A stretch of DNA of 64,000 nt. It comes from Deltaproteobacteria bacterium. GTDB lineage: Bacteria > Desulfobacterota > Syntrophobacteria > Syntrophobacterales > Syntrophobacteraceae. Shown piece by piece: positions 53,601 to 62,723 of the stretch; the first letter of the stretch is position 1, and each line of letters begins with the position of its first letter. Position numbers and translations under genes: made by a program. Location of the stretch: contig JAKAJS010000238.1 in the NCBI GenBank assembly GCA_021813685.1, positions 842 through 64,841 on the forward strand, written 5' to 3'. The notes below the pieces were generated by a model. The model saw only the letters and a program-made list of their open reading frames with translations, did not search any database and had not been told where the DNA came from.

Positions 53601-56212
53601 CCATATATTTCGCCGAAAAGGAGGAGTTCGAGCAATCCTTTCTTTATGAAGATCTGACCGGCGAGCTTGCGGCCAAATACCCCAATACCTTTGGGGCCAC
53701 CAAGTGCATGACCGGTAGAGCAGTTACTCTCATGCACTCGCGTAGCAGCCCCGGGGAGATCGCCGACTACTGCAGAAAGGCCATTCAGTGCGGAAAGAGT
53801 TGCGGAGATCTCAACAATGCCGGCTACTCCTACGGCGCTTTGATGTGGAACCTTCAGATACTGGGACAAAATCTTTCGGGCATCGAGGACTACATTCGAG
53901 AATGTCTCCAATTTGCCAATAGATATCATCTGCCGATTCCGGGGGGAATCGCCGAGGCGATGGAGGCCGGTTGGGTCGCGCCCATGCGCAAAGACTTTTC
54001 TCCCCTTTCCAAGGAAGCAAAGCTCAAGAAGTGGGAGAAGAACAATGACTGGATTTCCGCAGGGAGCTTTTGTTTCCATGCGGCCATGGCCCATTATTAT
54101 GTGGGGGAGCATGAAGAGGCCGGGAGATATCTGGCGCGGGCGCAAAACTACCTGCCGGCGCTTTCCAACACCGTGATTCAAAGAGAGTGGCGTGTCTTCA
54201 AGGTATTGAATGCGCTCAAATTATACGAAAAGGCGGGGCGCTTTGTAAACGAGGGTGAATTGATGGCCGAAATCGGCCCCAATCTTGACAAGATAAGGAT
54301 GCTGGCGAGGCTTGGGCCTTTGCTCAAACCATTTCTGGCCTTTATCGATGCAGAACTCGAACGGGTCCTGGGGGAACCGAGCAAGGCCAGGGGCCTTTAT
54401 CTGGATGCCATAGACGTCGCTCACGACCATGGCTACTCTTTCCTGGAGGCCCATCTTCATGAAATTCTCGGCAATTTTCTCCTCGATAAGGGCAAGGCAT
54501 CCTACAGGCCCTATTTCATCGAGGCTGCTCGTTTGTACAGGGAATGCGGTGCGGAGAGGAAAGAAGCGCTGCTTATTCAAAAACATCCTGATTATTTCGG
54601 GGAGCAAAAAACCTTCCATAAGGATGCCGAATCAGTGGATTTTCCGCCTTCCACCCTCCCCAACCTCGATGTCAATTACCTGATGAAGTCGTCACTGGCC
54701 ATTTCAGCCGAAATAGAACAGGAAAAGTTGCTGAAAAAGATAATGGATGCCGTAATAGAAAGCTCCGGGGCCCAACATGGTTACCTGCTGATCGCGGAGC
54801 AAGATAGATTGTCTGTCCGCGCGCAAAGTCACCTGTTTCAAGCGCATGCGCCAGAGGTGCCGGGCTTGGAACTCGATAAGGTTCCGGACATCTGCAAGTC
54901 CATTGTTCGCTATGTGTACAGGACCGGAGAAAAGCTAATCCTGACCGATGCCGCCCGGGAAGGAGCCTTTAGAGACGATCCGGAGGCGCGCAGATTGCAT
55001 TTGCGCTCTGTGCTTTGCCTGCCGGTGGTCAGGCAATTGAAGACAATTGGGATATTGTACCTCGAAAACCGCCTCTCGGATTCGGTTTTCACATCCGAGA
55101 AGACTCAAATCACAGAACTGCTGACCTTGCAGGCTGCCATCTCGTTGGAAAATGCCACCCTTTTCATTAAGCATGAACAAGCTGAACAGGCGTTGCAAGC
55201 CAGTGAAAATGAACTGCGGCTGATAATGGATGCCGCACCCGCATTAATTTCTTATGTAAACTCCGACCACAGGTACCGTCGTGTAAATAAGAGCTACGAG
55301 CGATGGTTCGGCAAAAGCGGGAATGAAATCCAAGGTCGTCACGTTCGGGAAGTGCTTGGCGACATTGTCTGGCAGACAGCAAAGCCAAACATCGATAGAG
55401 TACTCTCGGGCGAGCAGGTCGCGTTTCAGCATCAATTGCCTGTAGCCGACGGTGGAACGAAGTGGGTAGAAGTTACGCTCGTGCCCGACCATGACGAGTC
55501 GGGGCGGGTTTGCGGGTTTGTCGTTCATGCCTCCGATATCGAGGAGATGAAAAGGGCCGAAGAGGCAATAAAGCAATCTCTTAAAGAAAAAGTGATCCTG
55601 CTCAAGGAAATTCACCACCGCGTGAAAAACAGCCTCCAGATAATCCAAAGCCTGCTTAACCTGCAACTGCCCTATATAAAGGACGAGAAGGCCATCGAGA
55701 TATTCAAGGAAAGCCAAAACAGGATCTTTTCGATGGCTCTTATCCACGAAAAATTATATGGGTCCGAATCATTGGCCAGGATAGATCTTTACGATTATTT
55801 CAAAAGCCTCATAGCCAACCTTTTCGCTTCGTACGGTGTAAACGAGAGGGCTATAAAGGCGAAAATAGAAGTAAACAATGTGGTTTTGGACATTAATACT
55901 TTGATCCCCAGCGCTCTAATCATTAATGAGCTGGTCTCGAATTCACTAAGACACGGCTTTCCGGATTCCTGGAAACTAACGGGGGCCAAAGGCCAAATTG
56001 GTATAGAGATCCGGCATGATCCTTTACAGGGAATCACACTTGTGGTCGGAGACGATGGTGTGGGTCTGCCGGCCGGTTTCTCGATGCTGGAATCGAAGTC
56101 GCTCGGTTTAAAAATCGTGAATGTGCTGGTGAAGCAATTAGGGGGCACGATCCATCACGATGCGCACGGAAAGGCGGAATTCAGGATCACATTTCCACAA
56201 AGCATCGAATGA
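50696..56212 (+). CDS. Giant multidomain sensor: degenerate Ser/Thr protein-kinase-like domain, AAA/STAND ATPase, helical (TPR-like) region, GAF, PAS, HisKA_2-type histidine kinase
   Basis: ATG at 50696 follows AAGGAAGG. Kinase-like 'VVLKVLK', 'IHAGIKPHNILV', 'IDFV' and 'YTSPEQ'. Walker A 'GLPGIGKTRL'. Walker B-like 'LFVDDLQWCD'. The GAF region begins around 'SSLAISAEIEQEKLL'. PAS 'MDAAPALISYV'. H-box 'EIHHRVKNSLQIIQSLL'. ATPase 'VGDDGVGLP' and 'LGLKIV'. Confidence 0.9.
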   Translation: MITRLTPGNKPADRDVALMAPSATDFSDLPRRITSYEIIGKIGESHRATVYKARDKKDPNRSVVLKVLKTTNLSPKMISLFKQRIEYLGVLNDPGVITPTAMEVEQGICFIVHDYFDGVSLDKLLGTETRLEDFFILACGLTGTLEKVHEAGFIHAGIKPHNILVKPDTLETRLIDFVRPFDVSDLSHFIYEHSFVRQTLAYTSPEQTGRINHRVTFASDLYSLGIIFYELLNGAPPFLSEDPLELIHSHLAREPARLPMLHPKIPGILHKIVAKLLLKQPEKRYQSCRGLLADLERCRDEYSFTGSIYEFPLEGSAHASTFGFTSKLVGRQKEKAVILEEYEQAAKGNFRGLLISGLPGIGKTRLVQELEKSLVEHRGYFTSGKFDAYQKNIPYSSLIQAFKNLIRVFLTERDDRVELWKARILNAVGKNGKVLADIIPGLEVLIGPQPEIQALPPAESLKRFHDTFDRFLASLAGEDNPLTLFVDDLQWCDTASLDFLANLFENHRDHPYLFFLGAYRENEVAAWHPLSNFLRNVGNRGQPLREMSLGPLRLAPCHRMISNIFNSTLAQTKELSDFIYALSEGNPLFVTESLSYLYNENLLFLDEDRKWRWDFDRIRRSSMPATVVALFRLKISKLSPDLGSALEYGACIGSAFSPTELSSVMEMSPIETFNVLKPALQQGLLTENGNQLQFIHDRVQEAALSLIPEARLRRIHKQIGRHLLASVPPEADLEKVENLFTIVSHLNLGREQRLQIEEACFLSDVNYHAGSRAFDSLAIEAANNYFGISLELLPPDCWEDEHYERTFRKFQKAAKTELMCGNSEKSERLLNELLDHARSELDKVECLAEQTVSLSSTGNLAKAIETAKRGLAHFGYTVPVDLKEVEVMRQALMDEIHSRNVSIPETYLNMPFAEDRRSRIEHAFYSDLLADLYISGRLPEVYLVAAMAILHCLSAGMDESVMYAFTAMAIYFAEKEEFEQSFLYEDLTGELAAKYPNTFGATKCMTGRAVTLMHSRSSPGEIADYCRKAIQCGKSCGDLNNAGYSYGALMWNLQILGQNLSGIEDYIRECLQFANRYHLPIPGGIAEAMEAGWVAPMRKDFSPLSKEAKLKKWEKNNDWISAGSFCFHAAMAHYYVGEHEEAGRYLARAQNYLPALSNTVIQREWRVFKVLNALKLYEKAGRFVNEGELMAEIGPNLDKIRMLARLGPLLKPFLAFIDAELERVLGEPSKARGLYLDAIDVAHDHGYSFLEAHLHEILGNFLLDKGKASYRPYFIEAARLYRECGAERKEALLIQKHPDYFGEQKTFHKDAESVDFPPSTLPNLDVNYLMKSSLAISAEIEQEKLLKKIMDAVIESSGAQHGYLLIAEQDRLSVRAQSHLFQAHAPEVPGLELDKVPDICKSIVRYVYRTGEKLILTDAAREGAFRDDPEARRLHLRSVLCLPVVRQLKTIGILYLENRLSDSVFTSEKTQITELLTLQAAISLENATLFIKHEQAEQALQASENELRLIMDAAPALISYVNSDHRYRRVNKSYERWFGKSGNEIQGRHVREVLGDIVWQTAKPNIDRVLSGEQVAFQHQLPVADGGTKWVEVTLVPDHDESGRVCGFVVHASDIEEMKRAEEAIKQSLKEKVILLKEIHHRVKNSLQIIQSLLNLQLPYIKDEKAIEIFKESQNRIFSMALIHEKLYGSESLARIDLYDYFKSLIANLFASYGVNERAIKAKIEVNNVVLDINTLIPSALIINELVSNSLRHGFPDSWKLTGAKGQIGIEIRHDPLQGITLVVGDDGVGLPAGFSMLESKSLGLKIVNVLVKQLGGTIHHDAHGKAEFRITFPQSIE

Positions 56213-56251
56213 GCCAGGAGCAACCGTGTTTGGGCTCACAGGAATAAGAGA

Positions 56252-58321
56252 ATGGAACCATTTCGAATTGCCATTGTTGAGGATGAAGGAATCGTTGCCT
56301 TGGATATTCAAGACCGCCTGGCCGTCATGGGCTATCAGACGGTTGGTTGCGCGGCCACCCGGGAGGGCGCCGTGACGCTTGTCGATGAGGAACGCCCTGA
56401 CCTGGTTTTATTGGATATCCGCCTGCAGGGTAACGGCGACGGCATCGATGCCGCAATTGAGATTCGCAATCGGTTCAAGCTGCCGGTTATCTTCTTAACG
56501 GCATATTCCGAAGATGCGACCCTGGAACGCGCCAAATTGGCCGAACCTTCCGGCTATATCCTCAAGCCCTTCAACGACAGGGAGCTGAAGTCCACGATCG
56601 AGATCGCCCTGTATAAGCACCGCGCCGAGGAGGAAATCCGCCGAATGACCCGGTTATTTGACGTTTTGAGTCAGATAAACCAAGCGGTTGCCCGCCTCAG
56701 GAACAGGGATGAACTGTTGGAGGCCATCTGCCGCCAAATGGTGGAACGGGGCGCGATCGACCTGGCATGGATAGGCTGGCTCGATGCGGAGAGTTCCCGG
56801 ATTGTGCCGGTGGCAGCTTTTGGAGATCAGAGCGAAATGCCGGCAGTGTTTGATTACTCCCTATCCGAAGGGCAAGACAATCCGGGAGAGGTAATTCGAG
56901 AAGGCAAGCCGTTTGTGTGCAACAAGTGCAACAGTCGTGAGTGTCCTTTGCCGGGAGTCAACGCGTCCGGTCGGTCGCGCTTTGAATCCCGCGCCTCCTT
57001 CCCGCTCAAGTGTGGGGGCGAAGTCTGCGCCGTTCTGACTCTCTGTGTGGCTCAACCGGAATTTTTTCGGGAACGGGAACTCGAACTGCTAAAGGAGGTC
57101 GCACTGGATGTATCCTTTGCGCTCGACAAGATCGAAGGAGATCTCCAACGGGAGAATGTAAGCAGGCAGTATCAGCACCAGTCGGTGTTTCTGGCCACAC
57201 TCATGGATGCCATGCCTTTTCCCGTGCTGTACAAAGATGCCGCGCGCCGATACCTGGGGTGCAACAGGGCTTTTGAAAAATTCGCGGGACTCGGGAGGGA
57301 TCAAATTATCGGCAAGACCGTATACGAAATCTTACCTCAGGAACTCGCCCGCCTGCACGATGGCCATGATAGTGACTTGCTGGGCAAAATGAGTCCCCAA
57401 CCTGAGGTGTACGAAGCAACCTTGCGCTCCGGCGATGGGAGTTGCCGTCACATTCTGGTACACAAGGCTTTGTTCCGGAACCACAACGGCGCGTTTGAAG
57501 GTATAATCGATGTAATGGAGGACGTCACGGATAAAAAGCTGGCCGAACAGAAGCGAGAGATGATGGAGGAGGCGCTCCGCAGGTCCCACGATGAACTCGA
57601 AAGCCGTGTTAGAGAGCGAACGGATGAACTGAACCAGGCAAACATGCAACTGCGCTCATTTCCAGCAAAGCTTCTATCAGTTCAAGAGGAGGAGAGAAAA
57701 AGGCTGGGGGCTGAACTCCACGACAGTGTAGGACAGACTTTAGCCGCAGTGAAGTATAGCGTGGAATTGGCGCTGAAGTTCAGGAACAGCGGCGATATCA
57801 ATGCCGCTTTCAATCACCTGGAGCAACTTGTTCCCATTCTTCAACGTTCGATAGAAGAGACCCGAAATATTTACATGGGGCTTCGCCCTACGATACTGGA
57901 CAGCTCGGGACTTTTGGCCACAATCACGTGGCTGCGTCAAGAGAATCTGCGACTCTTTCCCTCCTTGCACATTGAATTTGAAACCACCCTCAAGGAAGAA
58001 GATATTCCGGAAATCTTAAAGGTCCCGATATTTAGAATAATCCAGGAGTCATTAAACAATATCACCAAGCACAGCCGTTCGGAATGGGTCGATATTTCGC
58101 TGGCAAAGAATGGAGATGGGATAGAACTGGTCGTCTCCGATGACGGTGTGGGAATGAATGTGAGCCAGGTCCTTCGAAGCTGCCATGCCAGAAGCCTCGG
58201 ACTCACCAGTATGATGGAAAGGGCCAGACTTTCAGGCGGAAGATTGTCAGTCGAGTCCACCCCGGGCGAGGGGACTTCAGTCCACGCATTTTGGCCGAAA
58301 AACGGGGGAATGGGGGAATAG
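56252..58321 (+). CDS. Hybrid receiver-GAF-PAS-histidine kinase (HisKA_3 / NarX-DegS type)
   Basis: Receiver 'IVEDEGIVALDI...DLVLLDIRL...KPF'. GAF-like middle region. PAS 'LMDAMPFPVLYKD'. H-box 'ELHDSVGQTLAAVK'. ATPase 'SDDGVGM' and 'LGLTSMMERA'. Confidence 0.9.
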   Translation: MEPFRIAIVEDEGIVALDIQDRLAVMGYQTVGCAATREGAVTLVDEERPDLVLLDIRLQGNGDGIDAAIEIRNRFKLPVIFLTAYSEDATLERAKLAEPSGYILKPFNDRELKSTIEIALYKHRAEEEIRRMTRLFDVLSQINQAVARLRNRDELLEAICRQMVERGAIDLAWIGWLDAESSRIVPVAAFGDQSEMPAVFDYSLSEGQDNPGEVIREGKPFVCNKCNSRECPLPGVNASGRSRFESRASFPLKCGGEVCAVLTLCVAQPEFFRERELELLKEVALDVSFALDKIEGDLQRENVSRQYQHQSVFLATLMDAMPFPVLYKDAARRYLGCNRAFEKFAGLGRDQIIGKTVYEILPQELARLHDGHDSDLLGKMSPQPEVYEATLRSGDGSCRHILVHKALFRNHNGAFEGIIDVMEDVTDKKLAEQKREMMEEALRRSHDELESRVRERTDELNQANMQLRSFPAKLLSVQEEERKRLGAELHDSVGQTLAAVKYSVELALKFRNSGDINAAFNHLEQLVPILQRSIEETRNIYMGLRPTILDSSGLLATITWLRQENLRLFPSLHIEFETTLKEEDIPEILKVPIFRIIQESLNNITKHSRSEWVDISLAKNGDGIELVVSDDGVGMNVSQVLRSCHARSLGLTSMMERARLSGGRLSVESTPGEGTSVHAFWPKNGGMGE

Positions 58322-58474
58322 GTGAATGGGGGGATGGGGGCTCTTGGCGGTCTCGTTCCAGTCTGCGGCGGGACTCCGCTGCCGGGTTGTCCGCCTGCTT
58401 TGCGGGCGGGCAGGGTAGAAGAAGCGCGCCGCGTCACCGTTTAATGCCCTCTCTTTTCTTCGGCTTTTTTCTGC

Positions 58475-59011
58475 TTACCAGTTTGTTGAAACGGCTCTCA
58501 CTGCCTCCCTTGGATTCCTGGCAGAGAAATGCAAGATCGCTTTTGCAGTACGATGGAGTCTGTCAAACCATGCCTCGGTGCTCGGGCGGTGGCTGTCCGC
58601 CCAGCTGATGCCGGTACTAAGATATCTTACGCCTGGCTTGCGCAGCCACTTTACGGCGCTTTCCAGACGGGGATCTTCGAAATGAAACCATTGGCAGATT
58701 CGCAGTTCGGGCGTGTAGTGATGAAAAAGAGGAACGGAGAGTTTGGGCGTTCCGTCCTCCCGGAGAAGCCCCAGGTAACAATGGCGGTAATAGGAGGAGC
58801 CCTCCGTTTCCCGGTGCCGGGTGGTGGCCGGCCAGGCGCGCGGCAGATCGAACAGGCTGTACCAGTGGATTCGTTCCGCGCGTCCGAGCAGGAGTTCCGC
58901 CGAGCGCCTGAGGCCGAACTCCTGCACCTCTTCGAGATTGGAAACGATGGAAACCCCCGGAGAAGAGACTCGACACAGGCCTTGTTGGGCACCCACGGAA
59001 AAGGAGATCAA
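58475..59011 (-). pseudogene. Possible fused remnants of two TIM-barrel glycoside-hydrolase-like genes (annotated cautiously)
   Basis: The 178-aa ORF first carries a C-terminus-like segment 'ERIHWYSLFDLPRAWPATTRHRETEGSSYYRHCYLGLLREDGTPK'. It then carries an N-terminus-like segment 'ICQWFHFEDPRLESAVKWLRKPGVRYLSTGISWADSHRP..WFDRL'. This order suggests the end of one gene joined to the start of the next. The family call is from memory only. Confidence 0.35.
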
Positions 59012-60132
59012 CCGGCGGGCGCCTTCTTTTCCCGGGAATCTTTATGGCGGTTCCAGGGCCACTTTTTCCCCCGCAACCTGTTCCCTTCCTCCTCCAATCT
59101 ATGGAACTCCTGCAACAATTCCTTCTGGCGGGGGGAAATGTCTTTGGGGATTTCGACCCCCACTTCGATGAGATAGTCGCCCCGGCCGCGTCCCCGCAGC
59201 TTCGGAACTCCCTCGCCTTCAAGACGCATCAGCGTCCCGTGCTGGGTCCCGGGTGGAATCTCCACTGACTTTGGTCCGTTGAGAGAGGGGATCTCCACCG
59301 TGTCGCCACAGATGGCCTGCACAAGGGAGAGGGAGATTTTGCAGTGAAGGTTGTCGCCCGCCCGTTGAATCTGCTCGTGAGGAGTCACTGCGAACCGGAC
59401 ATACAGGTCGCCGGTGCCGCCGCCCCGATAGCCGCTCTCCCCCTGGCCTCGAATCCTCAGCTGCGTGTCCGAATCCACACCGGCGGGTACTTTCACCTGG
59501 ACCGATTTTTTCTGTTTTGTTCGTCCCTGACCCCGGCATTCTTGACAGGGGGTTTCCAAGACCTTTCCGGCGCCCTGGCATCGCGCGCATCCCGTGCTGA
59601 TCTGGAAAAAGCCCCGGGACTGTACGATCTGGCCCGTTCCCCGGCAGGCCGGGCAGGTCGTCTCCCTGCTTCCCGGTTCGGCTCCCGAGCCGCCGCAGTG
59701 CGTGCAGGCGCAATTGGTCTCTATTTCCACCTCTTTTTGGGCGCCGAAGAATGCTTCCTCAAAACTCAGAGTAATGGAGACGAGCAAATCGTTGCCGGGC
59801 CTTGCGGAGGTCGTCTGTCGGCGCCCCTGGTTGAAGGAGAATTGAAAGATATCGCCAAAGGCGCTGAAGATATCCTCAAACCCCCCGAAACCATTGAATC
59901 CATTGCCTTTGAGGCCCTCATGGCCGTATTGGTCATAAAGTCGCCTCTTTTGCGCATCATGCAAAACCTCGTACGCCTCGGCGGCTTCCTTGAACATTTC
60001 CTCCGCCTGCTTGTCCCCGGGGTTGCGATCGGGGTGGTATTTGAGCGCAAGCTGCCGGTAGGATTTCTTGATCTCCTCTTCGCCGGCCTGCCGCGACACA
60101 CCCAGGATATGGTAGTAATCTCTTTTTTCCAT
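59008..60132 (-). CDS. dnaJ: Molecular chaperone DnaJ (type I: J domain, G/F region, 4x CxxCxGxG zinc finger, C-terminal domains)
   Basis: ATG at 60132 gives '[12 protein letters not shown]'. 'YHPDRNPGD'. 'CTHCGGSG', 'CPACRGTG', 'CARCQGAG' and 'CQECRGQG'. Confidence 0.95.
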   Translation of the reverse strand: MEKRDYYHILGVSRQAGEEEIKKSYRQLALKYHPDRNPGDKQAEEMFKEAAEAYEVLHDAQKRRLYDQYGHEGLKGNGFNGFGGFEDIFSAFGDIFQFSFNQGRRQTTSARPGNDLLVSITLSFEEAFFGAQKEVEIETNCACTHCGGSGAEPGSRETTCPACRGTGQIVQSRGFFQISTGCARCQGAGKVLETPCQECRGQGRTKQKKSVQVKVPAGVDSDTQLRIRGQGESGYRGGGTGDLYVRFAVTPHEQIQRAGDNLHCKISLSLVQAICGDTVEIPSLNGPKSVEIPPGTQHGTLMRLEGEGVPKLRGRGRGDYLIEVGVEIPKDISPRQKELLQEFHRLEEEGNRLRGKKWPWNRHKDSREKKAPAG

Positions 60133-60166
60133 CTGGAACGGTTTTCTCCTCAATAGACCCTGTCTT

Positions 60167-60829
60167 TTACACTTGGCTCACCCGGATGCGAATGATCAGG
60201 AAAACCCCGGGACGGCTGACCTCGAACGTCGTACCATCTATTACTCCGGCAGGGATCTTTATGCGAATGGTTTCTTTCCCCTCGACGATTCCCCGGCCGT
60301 TGCAGGAGGCGCAGCTCCAACGCCCTCTACGACCCGCGCCGCCACAGGATCGGCACTGCAGGAGTGCGGGGCAGGGAATCGGCAGGATGCCGCCTCGCCC
60401 GGCTTCCTCTCGCGAGAGTTCCACCTCGATATCCGGAGGCCTTTCTCCTGGAGACGGCCGGCTTCCCCGACCCCATCCCATAAGATATTCGAAGAGGTCA
60501 AATATTTCTTCGGCCCGCGAGGCGCCGAAGGGCGATCGCCGAGTACGCAGGGCCGCTGCGCCTTCAAACGTTTCGCCTCGTTCCTTTTTTACGCGCACTT
60601 CGGTCCGACACTCCGAGTCTAGAAGTATCCGGTTGTAGCACACCCGGGATTCGGGGTCCGAGAGTACCGAATAGGCCTCGACAATCTCCTGAAATTCGCG
60701 TGTCTTTTCAGGACCCGATACGTCCGGATGGCATTTTTTCGCAAGCTCCCGGAACGCCGTTCTGATCCCGCAGTCATCCACACTCCGCTTCACCCCGAGG
60801 GTCTTGTAGTGATCCTTTACTCCTCTCAT
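60167..60829 (-). CDS. J-domain protein with a reduced zinc-finger (2x CxxCxGxG) and short C-terminus
   Basis: ATG at 60829 follows GGAGGGCAGAACC. 'DHYKTLGV...CHPDV'. 'CRSCGGAG...CASCNGRG'. 220 aa. Confidence 0.8.
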   Translation of the reverse strand: MRGVKDHYKTLGVKRSVDDCGIRTAFRELAKKCHPDVSGPEKTREFQEIVEAYSVLSDPESRVCYNRILLDSECRTEVRVKKERGETFEGAAALRTRRSPFGASRAEEIFDLFEYLMGWGRGSRPSPGERPPDIEVELSREEAGRGGILPIPCPALLQCRSCGGAGRRGRWSCASCNGRGIVEGKETIRIKIPAGVIDGTTFEVSRPGVFLIIRIRVSQV

Positions 60830-60960
60830 GGTTCTGCCCTCCGAAGCACGGAAGTTCCTACAGCAAAAGCGGTTTGCTAGCACTATAATGATACGAGTGC
60901 CAAAAGATATTTTTTACCGACTTTTCCCAAAAGTCAAGAGAGGCACGGCGGAATTCGCGA

Positions 60961-62457
60961 TCACTTCGGGGCGAGGCCCCTTAGAGTATAGGCGTGCAGG
61001 CTCCCGGTTTCATCTGTCAGGTAGAGCGCTCCGTTTGCCACAACCGGGCTCTCCCAATGGATTGGGCCGATTCCGGCATTTTCCCAGAGCACTTTGCCGG
61101 TTTCGGAGTCGAGTGCGCGAATGGTTCCCGAGCGGGCACAAAAAAGGACCCCGTTTACCAGGAGCGGGGAGGTGCCTCCGGTTTTGGTGCGCCATAGTTC
61201 TTTGAGCCCCTTGCCGGGGGTAAGTTTCAGGGCCGAGAAGCCCCGGGAGTTGGCAAGATAGACCCGGGCCGTGCCATCTTTCGGATCGCTCCAGGAAGCA
61301 GGTGCCGAGAAGACCGGGCCTCCCTGCGGAAGCTCGATGGTCGCAGCACCTCCCACATGCCCGGGTCCCCCCCGTCCGCTGAGATTTTCCAGGTCTATCA
61401 GGCGCAGTTTCCCGTCTTTACCGCTTTGAACGGCAAGGTTGGAAGAAGGGGTGGAAAGAATCGCCGGGGCTGTGCTGCCAAGATCCAGGTCCGCTCGATC
61501 CAGCAGGTGGAAAATGCTCGGGGTATAGGAATCGACGGGTACGTCGTTTCTGCCCGTTCCATCGGGGTTAAGCGCCAGTACGGAATCTCCCCAGTCAAAC
61601 CGAGGGGGAGAAAAGGGCCCGTTTCCGGTCGCAAAGTAGATTCGATCGGTTTGGGGGCTATAGACCACACCGGCCCGAGCCCAAACGCCCGATTTTCGGG
61701 CCGGGCAGTCGGGTTGTTGCGGGCTTTGTGCGAAGTGTACGGGCCGATTGCTGCAAAGGGTGTTGAAAACCTTTTGAGAGCCGTCTGCAAGGTTTATGGT
61801 CGTAAGATGTCCCTGGTAGTCGCCCCTGTCGCCCAGATACCCCGAGTTGGCAACGTAGAGATAGCTTATGCCGTTTCTGGCCGTTGCGATCGTGAGGGCA
61901 GAGGAACCCTTCTCGTCGAAGGGTTTTCGGGTGGCAACCTCGGGCCATCCGCTCCCCCTGACTTCCGAGCCGTCTTGTACCCGGTATTTGTGGACGTACC
62001 CGTCCAGACCATAGGAGTACACAAACCGGAGGTCGGGATCGATGGCGGGGGAGGAAGTGGTATAGCAGGGAAGGGCGCCGCGATTTATCCGGCATTTGCC
62101 GGAAGGGTTTTCACCTTGCCACACCAGAGCCCCGCTCCTCGCGTCCAGGGCGATGATCCGACCGGTTTTGGCGGTCACAAAAAGAAGGTCCCTCACGCCT
62201 CCCGGAGTCTTTACGCCTCCGAGGTACACGGGAGCCCCGTCGGCTGCGGCCGGCAGCCGCACGGTAAAAAGCTCCCGGAGTTGGCCGACATTTTCCCTGT
62301 TGATCGTTCGTTCTAAAGAGTTGTTGCCGCTGTGTTGAGGATCGCCGTTGAACTGCAGCCAGTTGTAGGCAGAGGCTTGTCCAGGGAGAAGAACTAGAGT
62401 CAGAAAGCCTGAAATAACAAGCAAAAGTCTTGTTTTCCCGGTGCGGGATCGCGGCAT
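60961..62457 (-). CDS. Secreted PQQ-like (BamB-type) beta-propeller repeat protein
   Basis: Signal peptide 'RLLLVISGFLTLVLLPGQASA'. Repeated 'G.L.ALDA.SG..(L/V)W' blades ('IIALDARSGALVWQ', 'IRALDSETGKVLWE'). Confidence 0.8.
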   Translation of the reverse strand: MPRSRTGKTRLLLVISGFLTLVLLPGQASAYNWLQFNGDPQHSGNNSLERTINRENVGQLRELFTVRLPAAADGAPVYLGGVKTPGGVRDLLFVTAKTGRIIALDARSGALVWQGENPSGKCRINRGALPCYTTSSPAIDPDLRFVYSYGLDGYVHKYRVQDGSEVRGSGWPEVATRKPFDEKGSSALTIATARNGISYLYVANSGYLGDRGDYQGHLTTINLADGSQKVFNTLCSNRPVHFAQSPQQPDCPARKSGVWARAGVVYSPQTDRIYFATGNGPFSPPRFDWGDSVLALNPDGTGRNDVPVDSYTPSIFHLLDRADLDLGSTAPAILSTPSSNLAVQSGKDGKLRLIDLENLSGRGGPGHVGGAATIELPQGGPVFSAPASWSDPKDGTARVYLANSRGFSALKLTPGKGLKELWRTKTGGTSPLLVNGVLFCARSGTIRALDSETGKVLWENAGIGPIHWESPVVANGALYLTDETGSLHAYTLRGLAPK

Positions 62458-62723
62458 GGAGTCCTCCTTGTGGGCAGTGTCTGCCCGATCGGTAAACTAT
62501 GGTTGCAATATAAGAACCCGAATTTTCCGTGAAACGGAAACGAGGGGAACCCTCACTCAAAACCCGCGCCAAAATTCCATTTTTTTTCTCGCGCGAGTGC
62601 GCGCCACAAAAGAGCTTGGAGGCGGAGCCGATGCGCGGGGCTTGTGGGCGAAAATTTGAAGTTTATAGTGTAGCTAGAGGCATGCCTACCAAAGATTACC
62701 TGAGAGTCCAAAGGAGAAGTGAA

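Noticed and set aside
61357-62316. 319-aa plus-strand ORF.
   Set aside because: It is antisense to the PQQ-like propeller gene, which has a signal peptide and repeated blades.
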